Positions 11,901 through 26,299 of a stretch of DNA of 64,000 bases are shown piece by piece. The notes beneath the pieces were generated by a model. The model was not told where the DNA came from and ran no database searches. It saw only the letters and a program-made list of their open reading frames with translations. Origin of the DNA: Blepharisma stoltei ATCC 30299 (lineage: Eukaryota; Protista; Ciliophora). A program made the translations under genes and the position numbers. The stretch spans positions 62,001-126,000 of the forward strand of contig CBFDEM010000036.1 of NCBI GenBank assembly GCA_965603825.1, written 5' to 3'. Each line of letters starts with the position of its first letter. Within the stretch, counting starts at the first letter, position 1.

Positions 11901-12410
11901 GCTTAGCGAACACGCCTTTCTAAAATCTTGTTCTAATTCTGGGTTATTAATTGTGCTCAAAATTGCAGTTTTTCTAGTTCTTAACTCGCTTAGTCTGCAA
12001 AATCCTACAATGCTGGTATATGACTCTGAGTCCTCATGCATAATTAGCTCTTGCTTTGAAGCTTGAGCAACTTTTTTAGTTATACTATTTATTTCTGATA
12101 TGTCAGAATCCAGCTTCTTTAAGGTTTCTCTAACGCTATTTATGGAGTCGTAAATATTCCGCGCAAAGGAAGGAGAGATCATCTTCTTCAATTTCTCTTT
12201 TTTTGATTTTTCTTTTGCAAGAAACCTAAGAACTGCATCTTTTGTTCCTTCTCGAGGTTCTACGAGAATAGAATCAAAGGAATGGGCTCTGCTTGGCAAC
12301 TTTAGATGTGCTCCGAGATGGAGTTCACAGGAGTAAGTTTCAGAGGCCAAACATAGGCATATATACTGAACTTCGAGCTCACATCCCTGTTTAAAACACT
12401 GATGCATCAT
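8973..12410 (-). CDS. B-box-like Zn finger + coiled coil + Kelch-like propeller + long TPR array protein (~1145 aa)
   Basis: ORFs 11730-12410, 10656-11429 and 8973-10466 are one frame linked only by TGA. N-terminal C-x4-C...C.C...C..H...H, Kelch-like YCFG/FDL...W, then many 34-aa TPRs (KG.AL..LGR..EAIECY..AI.L.P). Confidence 0.88.
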
Positions 12411-13402
12411 ATTTATAGATAATATGATTTTTACTGATTGAAATTATGATTTAATTGAGGAAAAAGCTGCTTATTCACCTGAGTGAATAAAATTTTGTTG
12501 GCTCAGGGACTCTAAAATGATCTCAATGTCAAGAAATTGGTCACTTGAAAATTTTTTAACCTAGCTTATCAAATGACAGTAATCTTTTTTCAAGGATCGG
12601 AGAGTAAAAGAAATCCTTTAGCAAAAGAAGTTATAAGATCTTTATTCACGAATCGCCTAGATAATCTTCTTCAAATTTGGCTTGCTTGCTAAAATTTTTT
12701 TTTGAAAGTAAAAAATTTTGTTATTGGTATCAAGATTTGGAGTTTCTTTGTAATTAGTCGCCACAATATACCCAAAAGATTCTCATTTTAACAATATAAT
12801 TGTGAGGAAAAGCGTCGCATATTTTTACATAATTTTATAAATTTCATTTTTTGATTATCAAAAAAGAAAGACAGAGCTTGACAAGATATTTCAACTCGCT
12901 ACCCTAAAGAGTCCCTTTAATGGTTTGGTCTGATCATGATTAAACAGGAGCAGATATGGAACTTGAAGCTGAAATTTGAGGTTATAGCATCTGAACCACT
13001 ATATATAAATCTGCATTGTTTAGGATATGGGAATGAATATGCATCTATTGAGAAACAGAAATTAAGGCTGCATCAAGTGGCGTTGACTATGGAACGAAAT
13101 TAGAAACTCAAATAGGCATCACTAATCTAATAGCTATTTCCCAAAATTATAATAATTCAAAGAAGATTATCTATTTGCTATTTATATATTTATCAATTGC
13201 GATTTCTCTATGATTTAACTATCAAGGGTGATGCAAATTTTCGTTAGAAAATTATTTGAAAGCAATATTAATCGAATTCTTATATCACTAAAGAATGCAA
13301 ACTATTCATAAAAAAGTTTTAGCTATTTGATAATTAAATAAATAGATTTTAATCTTTAAATAATTTATGCTATATTTTTAAGCTAATTATAGGATAATAT
13401 TA

Positions 13403-16400
13403 ATGAGGCTATCTACAACGATTTTATTAATCACCCTTGCAAGCGGAGGTCCTAATTGGCCTGAATGTGGAGTTATTTATTGTGAATTTTGCTACGCAGG
13501 ATGTGAAATATGCAATGGTGGTTCTTTTAATGAATGTACTCAATGCATCTCGAACTACTATTGACTATCTGGCATTTGTATGTCACGAACTCCTATTGTT
13601 ATCAATGACGATGCATTTACAATAGATTTTTCTAAAATCAAGCTGGATAAAGATCCAAGTGCCTTATTTGTGATAGGATCAGACGGTGGGAATGTCTACC
13701 CAAACTTTGACGCAAATGACCCAGTCCCATCAATATCTAGAGGATATTATTTTTTAAAAGACTCTTATATGTCATCAGAAGCCTATAACTTTAACTCTTG
13801 GTTTACAGTCATATTTTGAGTCAAGCCTATATCGTCCGGAAGAATTTTTACAAAGAAAACACCATCTAGTTTCTACCAATCTTTGTATATATCAGCATCA
13901 GGGCTCATAAACTATCAAATCTTGGTAACGAGTGGTGAAAGTAAATTATTACAGATGCAAAAATCAATAGACTTTTATAAATGGCATTATATAGCTATCG
14001 CAAACTCTTTAGAATCAGCAGGAGGAAAAGCTCAACTATATGTTGACGGAAATTTAATAAGCGAAGCGGCCTATTCTAATGCATTTTATGATGACCCTGC
14101 GACCACATATTTGGGAAATCTGCCTTCAGACAAAAGTTTTACTGGGTTTATTTGAAAGATTATTCTCTACGGCAATGCAAACCATCACTTTGATGATTTT
14201 CGTACCTCAGACTGCGATTCTGGGTGTTTTTCATGCTCATCAAACTTAAAGTGTCCAGACAATTGTGGATTCAAACAGTTCATGAACAATGGAGAATGCG
14301 TTGATTGTTCAAATGACTGCTATTATGGCTGCAGAAGTGCTGGAACATGCAACTTATGCCTAATCAAAGAGTGTGCAACTTGTAATTCATTTTATGAATG
14401 CAGCTCATGTGTCGAAGGAGCTGATTTAATAAATTCAGTATGCACTTGCAGTGGTGGAAAAGTATTTACAGGAGTCAAATGCGAATATTGTGACATTTTA
14501 TGTATTAGTTGCTTATCAGCAAAACACTTCAGCTGCAGTGCTTGTCAAGAAGGTTATTATTTAGCTGGGCAAATTTGCTTACGTAATATTCCATTTGGGT
14601 GGGATAACTCAAAAAGTTCTCCGTATATAGTAATTGAAGAGAGCTTTGAAACAGAAACTTTTAAAGGATCATATGGAGTTTTTAATACTGGCACAGATAA
14701 AAACACTTTTGCCCCTTTTAATGCTCCTGAAGCATCAGATCCAATCCCTATGATCAAAAGAGGGCTTTATTTTGACAATGGAGCCTATCTCAGGTCAAAT
14801 AGTGAAGTTTATTTGCCATATGAGTTTAGCATGAATTTATGGATAAATCCTAAAGGTGGTGACTTTTTAGAAAAATTGAATAGAGTTATAGCTCAGAGCC
14901 TCATTTTATCGCATACTATTGCACACCATTCAAGTGCGAATCAGCTCTAGCATAAAATTTAGCAATTCAATTATAAATAGTAAGTTAATAATAATGTGAG
15001 GGCACTTGAAAACAGTTGTTGTTCGAACTAAATCAATAATCTGAAAAACAGTCTAGAGCCTTAGATATCATATGAGGCCCTTGGATATATCCTTACTTAT
15101 AACTTACATGCGGCTATTACTCTTGAAACTAATCTGGGTACAAATTTCTCTATAATAACAAACGATGCCACCTCATTTTCAGCTTGGACCTTTTATTCTT
15201 TAATAGTAGCATACTCCAGCTCCGCTACCACAATCTCAAGCTTTGCTAATGGAAACTCTTTTTTTAAGCAGACTTATGATCAATCACTATTCAGAGATTT
15301 GCCTCAGAATTATTTAGTGCTTGGGAGGAGCTCGAACTCAAATTTCACAGGCTTTATTTACAGTTTTCAACTAATAATAGGCGCAGTGACTGATTTTTCA
15401 AGTTATATCAAGAAAGCATGTGGAGACTCAACTAGTAGCTGCTTGCTAGGATGCGACCATGATTATTATTTTGACTCTTCAACAAATTCGTGCAAGCAAT
15501 GTGACTCTTCTTGCACAATGGGATGCGTAAGGTCAGCTTCCTGCAATCTGTGTGCAGATCAGCTATGCAATATATGCTCAGGCTTTGGACAAGGCTCATG
15601 CACTACATGCACAGAAAATGCTCAAGGTGCTGTTTGTTCTTGCAATGCAGATTCAATACTAATAAAATCCCTATGAAAGTGCCTAAAATGCGATAATAAT
15701 TATTGCGAAGAATGCGCTATGAGAGAGGAAACTTATTTTAACTGTAACAAATGCTCTAAAGGATATTTATTTCAAGGAGTTTGTCTCGATGAAAACCCAT
15801 ATGGAGCTAATCGCTGTTCTGAATTACCATGCTTAGTCATCAATGCTGAGTTTGAGACAGATTTTAAAGGGGTATATGACGTTTTCAGAACATGCAGTGG
15901 CTCAGATACATTTCATTTCTGGAATAGTCCTGAGGCATGTGATCCAATCCCAGCAAAAGATAGAGGACTTTACTTTAATGGAAACCAATTTTTGGCTTCA
16001 GACTTGATTTATTTTTCACATTCATTTTCAATTGTTTCCTGAATTAATAGCTATGGAGAAGGAGTTATTTTTCAAAAAAATGATAGAATTATGGTAGGAA
16101 GTGATTTTTCTGCCCAAATCACTATGTTCAGCCCCGCTGGTGGAGTTAAAGAAGAGTCAATTATTCAATCTATTATAAGTGGCTGGTGTCAATTTGAATT
16201 AGCATTAAGCTTTTTAAATGGAATTCAAACAATAACTATTTTTTTGAATGGTATCCAAGCCAGAAAACTATCAGAGTCTGAGTATTTATACAGAGATGTT
16301 TCGAGTTATTTAGTGATCGGAAAAGGGGGAAGTAATTTTTATTTTAAAGGCTTTATCTATGATTTTAATCTGTTTATTGGTACTATAAATGATCCATCAC

Positions 16401-19400
16401 TTTACAATGGCAAATCAATTTGTGCGGTGGGTAGCGAGAGGCCTTGTCTATCACCTTGCGCTTTCTTTGAGTTTTATGATGACGGTTGCATCGCTTGTAA
16501 TGATAAATGCTCAAATGGCTGTGTAAGACCCAAGTCTTGCAATCTTTGCTCTGATATACTTTGCATAAAGTGCCCAAGTTTCAGTGATGGTCATTGCAAT
16601 GAATGTGTAGCCAATGCTCAAGGCTCAGTTTGCACTTGTAATATTGACTCAATTCTTATAAAAAATGAAATAGACTGGGCTTGTGAAAAATGTGATAACG
16701 GCTATTGCAAAGCCTGCGACAAGCGGGAAGCAACTTATTTCGATTGCAAGGAGTGTGAAAATGGCTATTTAATCAATAGAGTTTGTTTAGACCAAGTTCC
16801 TTATGGCTTTGAAGAGAATAAGTGCCTTGATTCGGCCTGTTTGGTAATCAACGCAGAATTTGAAGCGGAATTTAGTGGAATTTATGACGTATTTAAAACC
16901 TGTGGCAGCTCAAGCTCTTTTAATTATTGGTAAAATCCTGAAGAGTGCGACCCTGTACCTATTAAAGGAAGAGGACTTCACTTTAATTCCATTCAATACT
17001 TGGTTTCTGATGCCCCTCTCTATTTCTCGCATACCTTTTCAATTGCTTTGTGAATCAATAGTTATGGAGCTGGAAATATTATAGAAAAAGAAAACCGAAT
17101 AGCTTTGCCTAGCAATTTTTCAGCTCAGGCTTCACTGATTAATCCATTTCAGTCAGTTTTATTATCAGAATCTAGTGCTATTTCTTCAAGTAATTGAAAT
17201 TTATTCACTCTTATCGTCAGTTATTTTAATGGCTCAACAGCCATTTCAACCTATAAGAATGACATTCAGCACTCTCTTAATACTTATTCACAGTATTTGT
17301 TTAGGGACAAGTCAAGCCACTTATTTATTGGAAAAGGCACAAATTTTGGCTTCACAGGTTTTATTTTTAGCTTTAAACTATATGTGGGGCAAATTGAAGG
17401 TACAGGTGCAGACTTAGGCAGCATTTTCTGTATATCAGGAGATGATAAAAATTGTATAGCTCCTTGCAAACTGTCTGAGTACTTTGACAGTAGCTGTAAA
17501 TCCTGCAACAGTTCTTGCACCTTAAACTGTGTAAGAGCTCCATCTTGCAATATATGTGCAGACCAATTATGCATAAAGTGTTCAGGGTTCAGCGATTCAT
17601 CACATTGTGAAAAATGTACAGAAAGAGCCCATGGGACAGAAAAATGCGAATGTGATGCGAATGCTATTTTAATGGAAACTATATATGATCATAAATGCGA
17701 GTACTGTGATGCTTTATATTTCGATATCTGTAGCACTGGTAAATGGTTTGACTGCTCTGAATGCAGAGCAGGGGTTTTGGTTGGCTCAGCTTGCCTCGAT
17801 GAATATCCATATGGCTATATAAATGCTAAAGAAGATACATATGCAGTTATTGATGCCGAATTTTCTGAAGAGTTTGCAGAGTATGATATTTTTAAAACTG
17901 GTAAAAATAGAAGCCAGCATTATTTTTTCATGGACCCAGAACTGAATTTTGATCCAATCCCAGCAATCAAGAGAGGATTATATTTTGAAAATAATCGATT
18001 TTTAAAAACAGAAAAAACGATTTACCTTTCTCATTCTTTTTCTATAGCGGCTTGGGTTCATGCAAAAATAGTAGGCATAATAATTAGAAAAGAAGGTAAA
18101 TTTACGTTTTCGAGCAGCCACATTCTGAATATTACTTTAAAAGATCCTTTGGATGCAAATATATCAATGATTACCCCTGAAGCTTTTTACAGTAGTTGGA
18201 TGCATATATCATTTTCAGTGTCTTATTCTAGTGGAGCTACAACAATTTATAGCTACTTAAATAATATACAGCATAATTCAATATCTCAAGATAAAAGCAT
18301 TTTCCGAGATATTACAAGCGAATTAGTCATTGGAGACCCCAGATTCGCTGGATTCATATATAATTTTAAGCTTTATATAGGCGCCGTTCATGATTTTATC
18401 AGTTATTCAGAAATAAGTATTTGCCAACCTGATAAAGATGATAACTCTTTATGATCTTGTGAACTATTTGAATATTGAGATGGTTCAGCCTGCAAACAAT
18501 GCAATTCATCATGCGAAACTACCTGTGCAAAATTTCCATCCTGCAAACTGTGTAATGATCAGCTCTGTCAAGAATGCTCAGGGTTTTCTGATACTTCAAA
18601 TTGCTACAAATGCATAGAAAGAGCTCATAATTTAAACGAACAGAATTGTGCCTGTGACGCTAATACTATTTTAACCACAGATGGCTCTGACTATTTTTGT
18701 GAGTATTGTGACTTGGACTACTGCTCAAATTGTAGAGGCCAAGGATACTTCTCTTGCTTAGAATGCGTGAAAGGGGAATTAGTAGATAATGTCTGCTTAG
18801 GCCAATACCCAACTGGGCTTGAAGAATGTGCTGGTAAAGAATTATGCGTAATGGCTGAAATAAATTCAAAGGATAATTTCAATGAAACTTATGGAAAGTT
18901 TATTGCTGGGGCTAATAAAGCTTCATATAACCCTTTTAATTCACCTGAAAATGAAGACCCAGTGCTAGCAAAGGACAGGGGCTTCTTTTTTGATGGAAAT
19001 TTTGCATTCCTCCAAAGTGAGCAGTCATATTATTTTTCTCACACTTTTTCGCTTTTGATGTGAATTTGAAATCAAGGAAATGGAGACATTCTTAAGCAGG
19101 GAGATAGACTTTTATTAGCAAGTAACGGAGCTTTGCCAATAACTCTGCAAGACAGATTTTCTCAGAATTTTACTTTTCAAACATCAGAAATTAGTTTTGA
19201 AGGCTGAACTTACCTCTCTTACACTATTTCATATGAAAGTTCTGTAACATCTTTATGGGCGTATGAAAATAACAGAGAAATAATAACACGAGGATTCCCG
19301 GATTTGCTATTTAGAGATATAGTGAATTCTACCCTTTTTATAGGAAAAAGCTTAAAGTCTCATTTTAAAGGGTTTTTATATAAGCTTCAAATATGGAATA

Positions 19401-22400
19401 GTGGAAATAAATTTGAAGATTCGGAAAGCCTTGGAATCTGTGGGCCTTCTTTAGGAGATTGCTTATCTCCGTGCAAGATAAATGAATTTTATTCAGTGGA
19501 GCATGATAAGTGCAAAGGTTGTCCCAGTTCTTGCAATAAAGGGTGCATAATTGACGATACTTGTAATATTTGCCAAGATCCTTTATGTGCTATATGCCCA
19601 AATTTTGGAAAAACAAATTGTGTTGAATGCATCCCTCATGCTTCAGGAATTGAAAAATTTAATTGTGTTGAGAATTATTGCTTATCTTTAGATAGACTTA
19701 AATGCATTAGAACTCCTTATGAGAGCAGTCCTGAGCTATATTGGTTTCATTCTATACCTCAAGAAAATGTAATTGTCGGAAACTGAAGTGGAGAATTTAT
19801 TATCAACACAATTCATGGTTTTATTGAGAGTGTTGAATTATTAAATAACACAGATTTTTTTCTAAACAGTAATGAATGCTCATTTAGCCCTTTCAATGAA
19901 AATTTCACATGCTCATTTACGCTATCTATTAATCCAAGCTACAGCATTAGTAGCAACCCTTCAGCTGTTCAAGTTCAGTATCAAGGATATTTATATCCTA
20001 TATCTTTTAACGCTTTTTATGATGATTTTTCAAAGTATTTGATGAGCCATCAAGAATTGATAAACATAAAATATTATTTTGAGATAAGTGATCTCAAAAT
20101 TAAATTATATAATCAATTAGTTTTCACAGAGGAATTTTGTACTAATGAGAAATGCTCATCTGCTCAATGCGATAAAATTTTGTCGAAAGATTCAATAATC
20201 TCCCTAGGAAAAAGTGTTTCTTGCTTCAAAATATCTAAAAATGAATTGGAAATTTACCTAGGCCATATTCAAGAAAGCGCAGAATCCTTAACATTCATTG
20301 AAAAAATTTTTGCTGACTCAAATACTAATGAAACTAATCTTGCATATATAACTATGAGTATCAAGGAGGAAAAACCCCCTAAGCCGAAAGCTAGTATCAC
20401 TCAAATTAGCTCGATCTGCTGCTCTTGCGAATTGACTCTTGACGGATCTCGATCAACGGGAATGGGAAATCTTACATTTTTATGATCTTTAAGCAAGTTC
20501 TTAAGCTATTCTGGTGGTATAAATCAAAAATTTTACAATATTACCTTAGAAAGTTGCGAAAGCGCAAAAGATCATAATTACTTTGAGGTAACTTTGAACG
20601 TAACTGACAAGTTTGGTCAATCTGATTTATCTACCACTTCAGTTAACATGATATATGATGAAGTAGCAGTTTCTATAGCTAATAAAGAAACCCTTAATAT
20701 CGGTACCGACTCACCATTAAAGTTAAAATTCCAATATCAAAAAAGCACTCTTATAGACTTAGATCCAAATCCTTCAATTTCTTGAAGCGTTTCAAAAAGT
20801 AATAGACAGTTGTCTGAAGATACAGATTACAGCACGTCAGGTGTTGAGTTTGCTTATTTATTTTCAAAACTCGGTGAATATGTTGTGACTGCAAACGTAC
20901 TATTCAATCGTGGCACTTATACTCGCTCTGCTAGTGTAAAAGTTGTTGCAGCTCCGCCGCCTCCTAATCTGATGGTTTTAGGTGTAGACACGACGGTCTA
21001 TTCTAATTCTTATATTACTGTTAATCTAACTGCAACCTATGGAAGCGATGAAATATATCCATTAGAGAAGGGATCTGTGAAATTTACTGAAAAAAGTTGC
21101 ATTTATGGCAAATTTGTTGAAATCGCTGGGAATTCTTTTAATTTGGAAATAAGAAATAAAAATTCTTACTTTACTTGCGATTTTACTATCAGTTTGACTG
21201 ATTATCCATCAGTCACTGAAAATCATTGGGTGCTTGTTTCGCCAGGTATTGCTCCAAAAGTTTATATCATAACAAAATATCCATTTTTGGACTGATCATC
21301 TCCTGTGAGAATTCTTGCCCATGTAGAAAACGAAACGAGCACAATAATTTCTTGGGGAGAAGCCAATAATCTGACTTTTACTCCTACAACACCTACAGAT
21401 CAAGCTGGGATTACAATCAAAGAGTTCAGTTTAACTCCTGGAAGAGAATATGAATTTACAGCCACAGTAATTGATAAAGAAACTTATGCAAAATCAAAAG
21501 TGTCTCTAAAACGATATGTTAACTGCCCACCAAATAGAGGAACTTTTGAAATTGATAACAATTCTGAAGGAATTACTTTAAAAACTAGATTTGGGATTTT
21601 ATTTTCAGGATGGAGCGATCCTGAAGGCAATGAGCCTTTATCCTACCAAATCTTCATAAAATTGGAAAAAAGCTCCAGAGCGTTAATACCGAAAACAACT
21701 GAAAATAAATTCACAATAAAGCTTGGCATTATAGGGGAAGCAACTTTGCTCGGTAGAGTCTATGATTCCTATGGGACTTTTATTGAAGTGGAAGCAATAG
21801 TTTATCTAAATGATACAGACAGCATTTCTATTAAGAACTTCACTGAAAATTTGGTGGCTAATGGGACTGAGACTATGGATTCAAGTTTGCTCATTTCTTC
21901 AATAACTGCTGCAGGCCTTTATATATCGAATACGACTAATGACGATGAAGAAATAAATTCCAGCATATCTAACTCTGTTGATGCACTAGATAAATGGATG
22001 AACAACTCTATGAAAGGCACAAGCTTGTCGGATTCCAGCACAGTCATTGATAGTGTCAATATTTTGCTCGGGAGTGCGACAAGTTTAAACGAAACCACTT
22101 TGGTGAAACTGCATGGCACTCAAGACAGTGCTTTAAATAAAACCAAAGTTTTAGACACTCATGCTTATATGGCAGCCCTTCCAAATATTGATTTGCTTAT
22201 GCAAAACCTTGGCTCGCTCCTGGAAAAGAATTCAAGTGATCTTTCAGAAATAAAAATCCATAGTTTCATTAATAAGACTTATAGTGAAGCAAGCTTAAAG
22301 TACTTAATTCCTGTAAACCCAAATGAGGAACCAGTGAACTTTACTGGGATAAAATTCAATTCGACTTGCCTTTCTGTCAATGCGCATTCTGCATCTGATC

Positions 22401-24763
22401 GTGTCAGTTATAACTCATCCAAGCCTAATACAGATGCCCAATTTAATATTGACACTTCAAAGAACCCAGATTCCACCATATATTTGCTTTCTGTTCTTAC
22501 CCTGAATCCCTTCAAAAGCATTTCTGATAGTTTTCAAAAGGAGGCAACAAGCTTTTATAGTTATCCAGAGCCTTTTAAATTTAGTGAAGGAAATTTAAAT
22601 ATTAACTCCCCAGACACTCTTGTAGACAGCAACTTTGACTATTCCGATCAATATGAATCAAGCCTAGTCCAAGTCGGAATTTCTCAAAACACCAACTCGA
22701 TTTTTAGCCCAGTTATAACTGCTCCCCCGCTAACGAATTTAAGCGTTGTGGTTGCTTATGATGCTTACGACAAAGATTTACAAATGACTTGCTCTGTCTA
22801 TCTTCAGCAAATCAGTCAGTTTTCTTTTAAGTTTTGTGAAACATTTTTCAAATCGGGAGGTGTGGCAACTTGTACTTGTGAAATTGCAGGACTGATTATG
22901 ATTCCGCCTTACCCATCAGTTTCAAGGAATTTGAAAGACAGAGCTAATTCAGTAAATCTTGAAATTCCCAGGGTTGGTGCTATTCCAGTGTTTGTAATAT
23001 TCGGATCTTTACTCTTTGTGCTTTATTTTTCATGACTAGATATTAGTAGGCTTGAGCGAAAATATGCAGACCCTTTAAAGGAGCAAACATTGAGCATTAA
23101 TGAAACAATTGCTAAGGAAATAAGCATGCTCAGCAGCAATCTATATGTTAATAACCAGCTGATAAACGTTGACAAACTTATGCAGATTTGGGAAACAGGG
23201 GAAATATATGAGGTTGAAAACGAGTGAAATGACAATGAGGAAAGAAAAGAATCTGAAACTACGAACTTAGAAAGGGATGAAGTCTACCCTTACTTTAAAA
23301 AGCAATTAAGAAATAAATTAAAGAGCATAATTGAAGACCAAAATATACTAAATTCATTGCTTACTTTTGAAAGGATTAAAATGCATATTGAGAACTGTAT
23401 TGGCAAACGTAATTTGGAAGATATAGAAACAGTCATAAATGCTCTCTGTAGCGCGGAAAATGAGGAAAGTGAAAATTTTTTAATATGGGCGCGATTTCTT
23501 TATAAAGAAAAAAATGGATTGCTCACATTTATTTCCAAAATAAAACAGAAGCAAATTAGGAACTTATTAAGATTTTCTTATATGCCGGTCATAAATTTAG
23601 TAAACTGTATGGAAATTTTCAAAGAAAAAATCAAATACAAGCATTATAATTGAATCATTCAAGCTATAAGAAAATATATATTAAACCCATATGAAGATGA
23701 AAATTCCCCCAAAAATGATTTTGATGATGCTAAATTAAAATGTGAATCAAAAGAAACTCTCATTAAATCCATTAAAAAGCTTGAAGGAAATATTTTTGCA
23801 TACATAAAGCTGAGAACTCCTACACTGAAGCTAGAAAGATTCATAAGAAAGTGAATTTTTGCATCCCTAAAAGAATCATTATCTCAACCTGAAGGAAAAG
23901 CTGCATTTGTCAGATATGATATCTCAAGAAGAGACACAAATATACCAGTAGGCGTTCCGATAGATCTGGATGACATAAAAGTTGAAGGTATTGGCAATGA
24001 GCTAGAAGGGATGATTGAAAACCCAAACGATGACGATTATACTCCTATTTTTTTCTCAATATTACCCAAAGTTTTTACAAAACTTGTGGAGCATAAAATC
24101 GATAATTTCACTCCATCCACAACCTTTATTCAATTTTTTATCTCAAATAATGACATTTTTGGCATCATTGGGAACACTGATTTAAACTTCTCTCGAAAAG
24201 GGAGACTTATATATTTTTTTGCTGCTGTATCGACTGAAATCGCGATTGCAATATCAGCTTTTGATGGATATACCAAATACATTAGCAATCAAGTTGACTT
24301 AATCTTCCAGTTCCCCGAAGTCACATTAGTGATATGGTTTGTATCATTTATCCTTGGATTCTTGCCGCTATTTTTGAAAGTTTTCTTAAAGGACAGATTT
24401 TTGGAGAACCAGCTAGTAAAGAATAAAAATGACTCAACTAAAAATTGGAAGGTAATGGTTGGGTACTTGCTTAGTTTTGCTTGGATAGGAGGCTGCTGGC
24501 TTTATTCTTTTGAAAAGTTGAATAATTACCCAATAGCAAATATTGGTGCTTATTTATTGTACATTCTCCAAGCATTAATTTCATTTTTGATGATAAATGG
24601 CTTGATTTTGCCAGTAATTCTTGCAGTGATAGAAATGTATTGCTGCTTTAAATTTGTAAATTGGAGAGTCAAGAGATGGATTATTTTTTTCAAAAGAAGA
24701 TTTTCCAAAAATAAAGTGCAAATTTTGCCAACAAATGATTATGAGTTCTCGAATAGAAAGTAG
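13403..24763 (+). CDS. Giant polycystin-1/REJ-like surface receptor: signal peptide, 6x (LamG-like + furin/EGF-like Cys-rich) modules, REJ-like region, GPS-like motif, multi-TM C-terminus (~3700 aa after IES removal)
   Basis: The main-frame track ORFs from 13580 to 24011 share the frame of ATG 13403 (MRLSTTILLITLASG). DP.P...RG.YF recurs six times. VNCPPNRGTF and GWSDPEGNEPLSY are REJ-like, and C...CTC precedes TM1. Interrupted only by the 201-bp insertion and one TAA at 16931. Confidence 0.8.
14887..15089. mobile_element. IES-like element, 201 bp, TAT terminal direct repeat
   Basis: Contains an in-frame TAG (14948). Removal gives KLNRVILTYNLHAAITL, matching the spacing of sister modules KNDRIMVGSDFSAQITM and KENRIALPSNFSAQASL. 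Confidence 0.8.
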
Positions 24764-24869
24764 AATTTAGATATTATCATTAAATACACTTATTAAATTT
24801 ATTGATTGATTTATTTATTATATAAATTTTATATCTGCGAAGACAGATTCCAACTATCACTGATACATC

Positions 24870-25000
24870 AGCTAAATTTTGCAGTAAAAATTGTTTTTTG
24901 ATGCAACTCCCATTAGCGTACAACTGATCTGATATAGGCTAAGAAAATCAATGAGACTATCGTTCAACAATATCGAGCTCAAACTCCCCAGGTCTCCATG
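24870..25000 (-). pseudogene. Possible Ulp1/C48 protease-like fragment
   Basis: Minus-strand translation HGDLGSLSSILLNDSLIDFLSLY resembles the DL..L....WLND..I.F motif. Short and degenerate. Confidence 0.25.
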
Positions 25001-26299
25001 CATCTTGATTCACCTACCCCTAATCTAATCTTTTATGGCGCAAAGTTCCAATATAGGCAAATAAAGACTGCATTAATCTATTGATATATAGACAACTGGA
25101 TAAGAAATATTTGATGATAGCATATATTACGTTAAATTTATAAAGAGACTGAGCCCCATTTAATAATGGAATTTATTGATAACCTTATGGATTTTTTATA
25201 ACTCCACCTTTCTGTAAATTTCCTCATTTGGAAAAATTTTATAATTAATAAGGAAGATTTTGCGGGTATACTTTAAATAATATCAAATAAATACTAAAAA
25301 ATCAAATTTTGTTTTGGGTATCTAAGGTGATGGTCATCAACATCTTAATAGTCTAATTCATATACAAGATATCTTTAAGGTTATAGATTTGCAAGAAAAA
25401 TTAAACAATAATAGATGATATCGTAAAGATTCCATGTTAAGAGTTTTGATAGTGACAAAAATTATAAATAATTATTTTTTAAATATGCATTTATCTTATT
25501 GTCTAAGAGTTCGTGCAATCCCCCGACCTTTTACTCGCAAGAATTGTTGAGTATATCACCAGACTCTTAAATCATAATCTTTTTCGATTTTAACTAATGT
25601 GTAAAACTCATCCTCAAGCCAAGGGTGCTTATAATAAAGTTTTCCTGAAAGCTCAATTAACTCTCATGAATCTTCAAATTTCTGCATTAGACAGCTCTTT
25701 TGTGTTCATGGCTTTAAGCATCTTAATCCTTGCCATAACTGTTTCATGATGCTCTTGATTTATTTTGCTTTGTCTTTCTTTTTCTTTGTCCTCTTCTTCT
25801 TTCTGGGCTTTTGTGATTCATAACCTCTCGAAAATTCCTTTGGCTTTCATATTTATTATAAATTGAGTGTACTTGCAAAAATGAAAAAAATAATTGAGTT
25901 GTAGTTACTAAGATAATTCTCGTTACACTTTGCAAGATTCTAAAATTTATTTAATACAAATATAATCAGAATTTTCAATTAATTAAATAAATCAATCCTT
26001 TCTTTATTAAGTCTCTTAATCTCAAACTTTTAATATGCTAATAGTCTTAAAAATTTATTAGAAGAAATCTTATCGTCATTAAATACATTTTTTCAATGTG
26101 TGGCATTTTTAAACTAGGAAAAAATAGCGATCTGATAGCTTGCAAACAACATCTCTTCGATATCGTTGGATTGCTAATGATTGCAAATATTACCTTGCAT
26201 TTAATTTTAAACTCAATTCTATCAGTAAAGAAATATCAGGACATGGGAAGCTTGATAATTAGTCAAGATGGCTTGTGATACCACCCCAATTGAAGGACA

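Noticed and set aside
16930-16945. Tiny intron removing the in-frame TAA
   Set aside because: Available GT-AG pairs give 14 or 16 nt, both frameshifting and deleting conserved residues.
25500-25935. Basic, NLS-like minus-strand ORF between the integrase and the Ulp1-like fragment
   Set aside because: Short, interrupted, and no domain recognised. It may belong to the element, but this cannot be supported.
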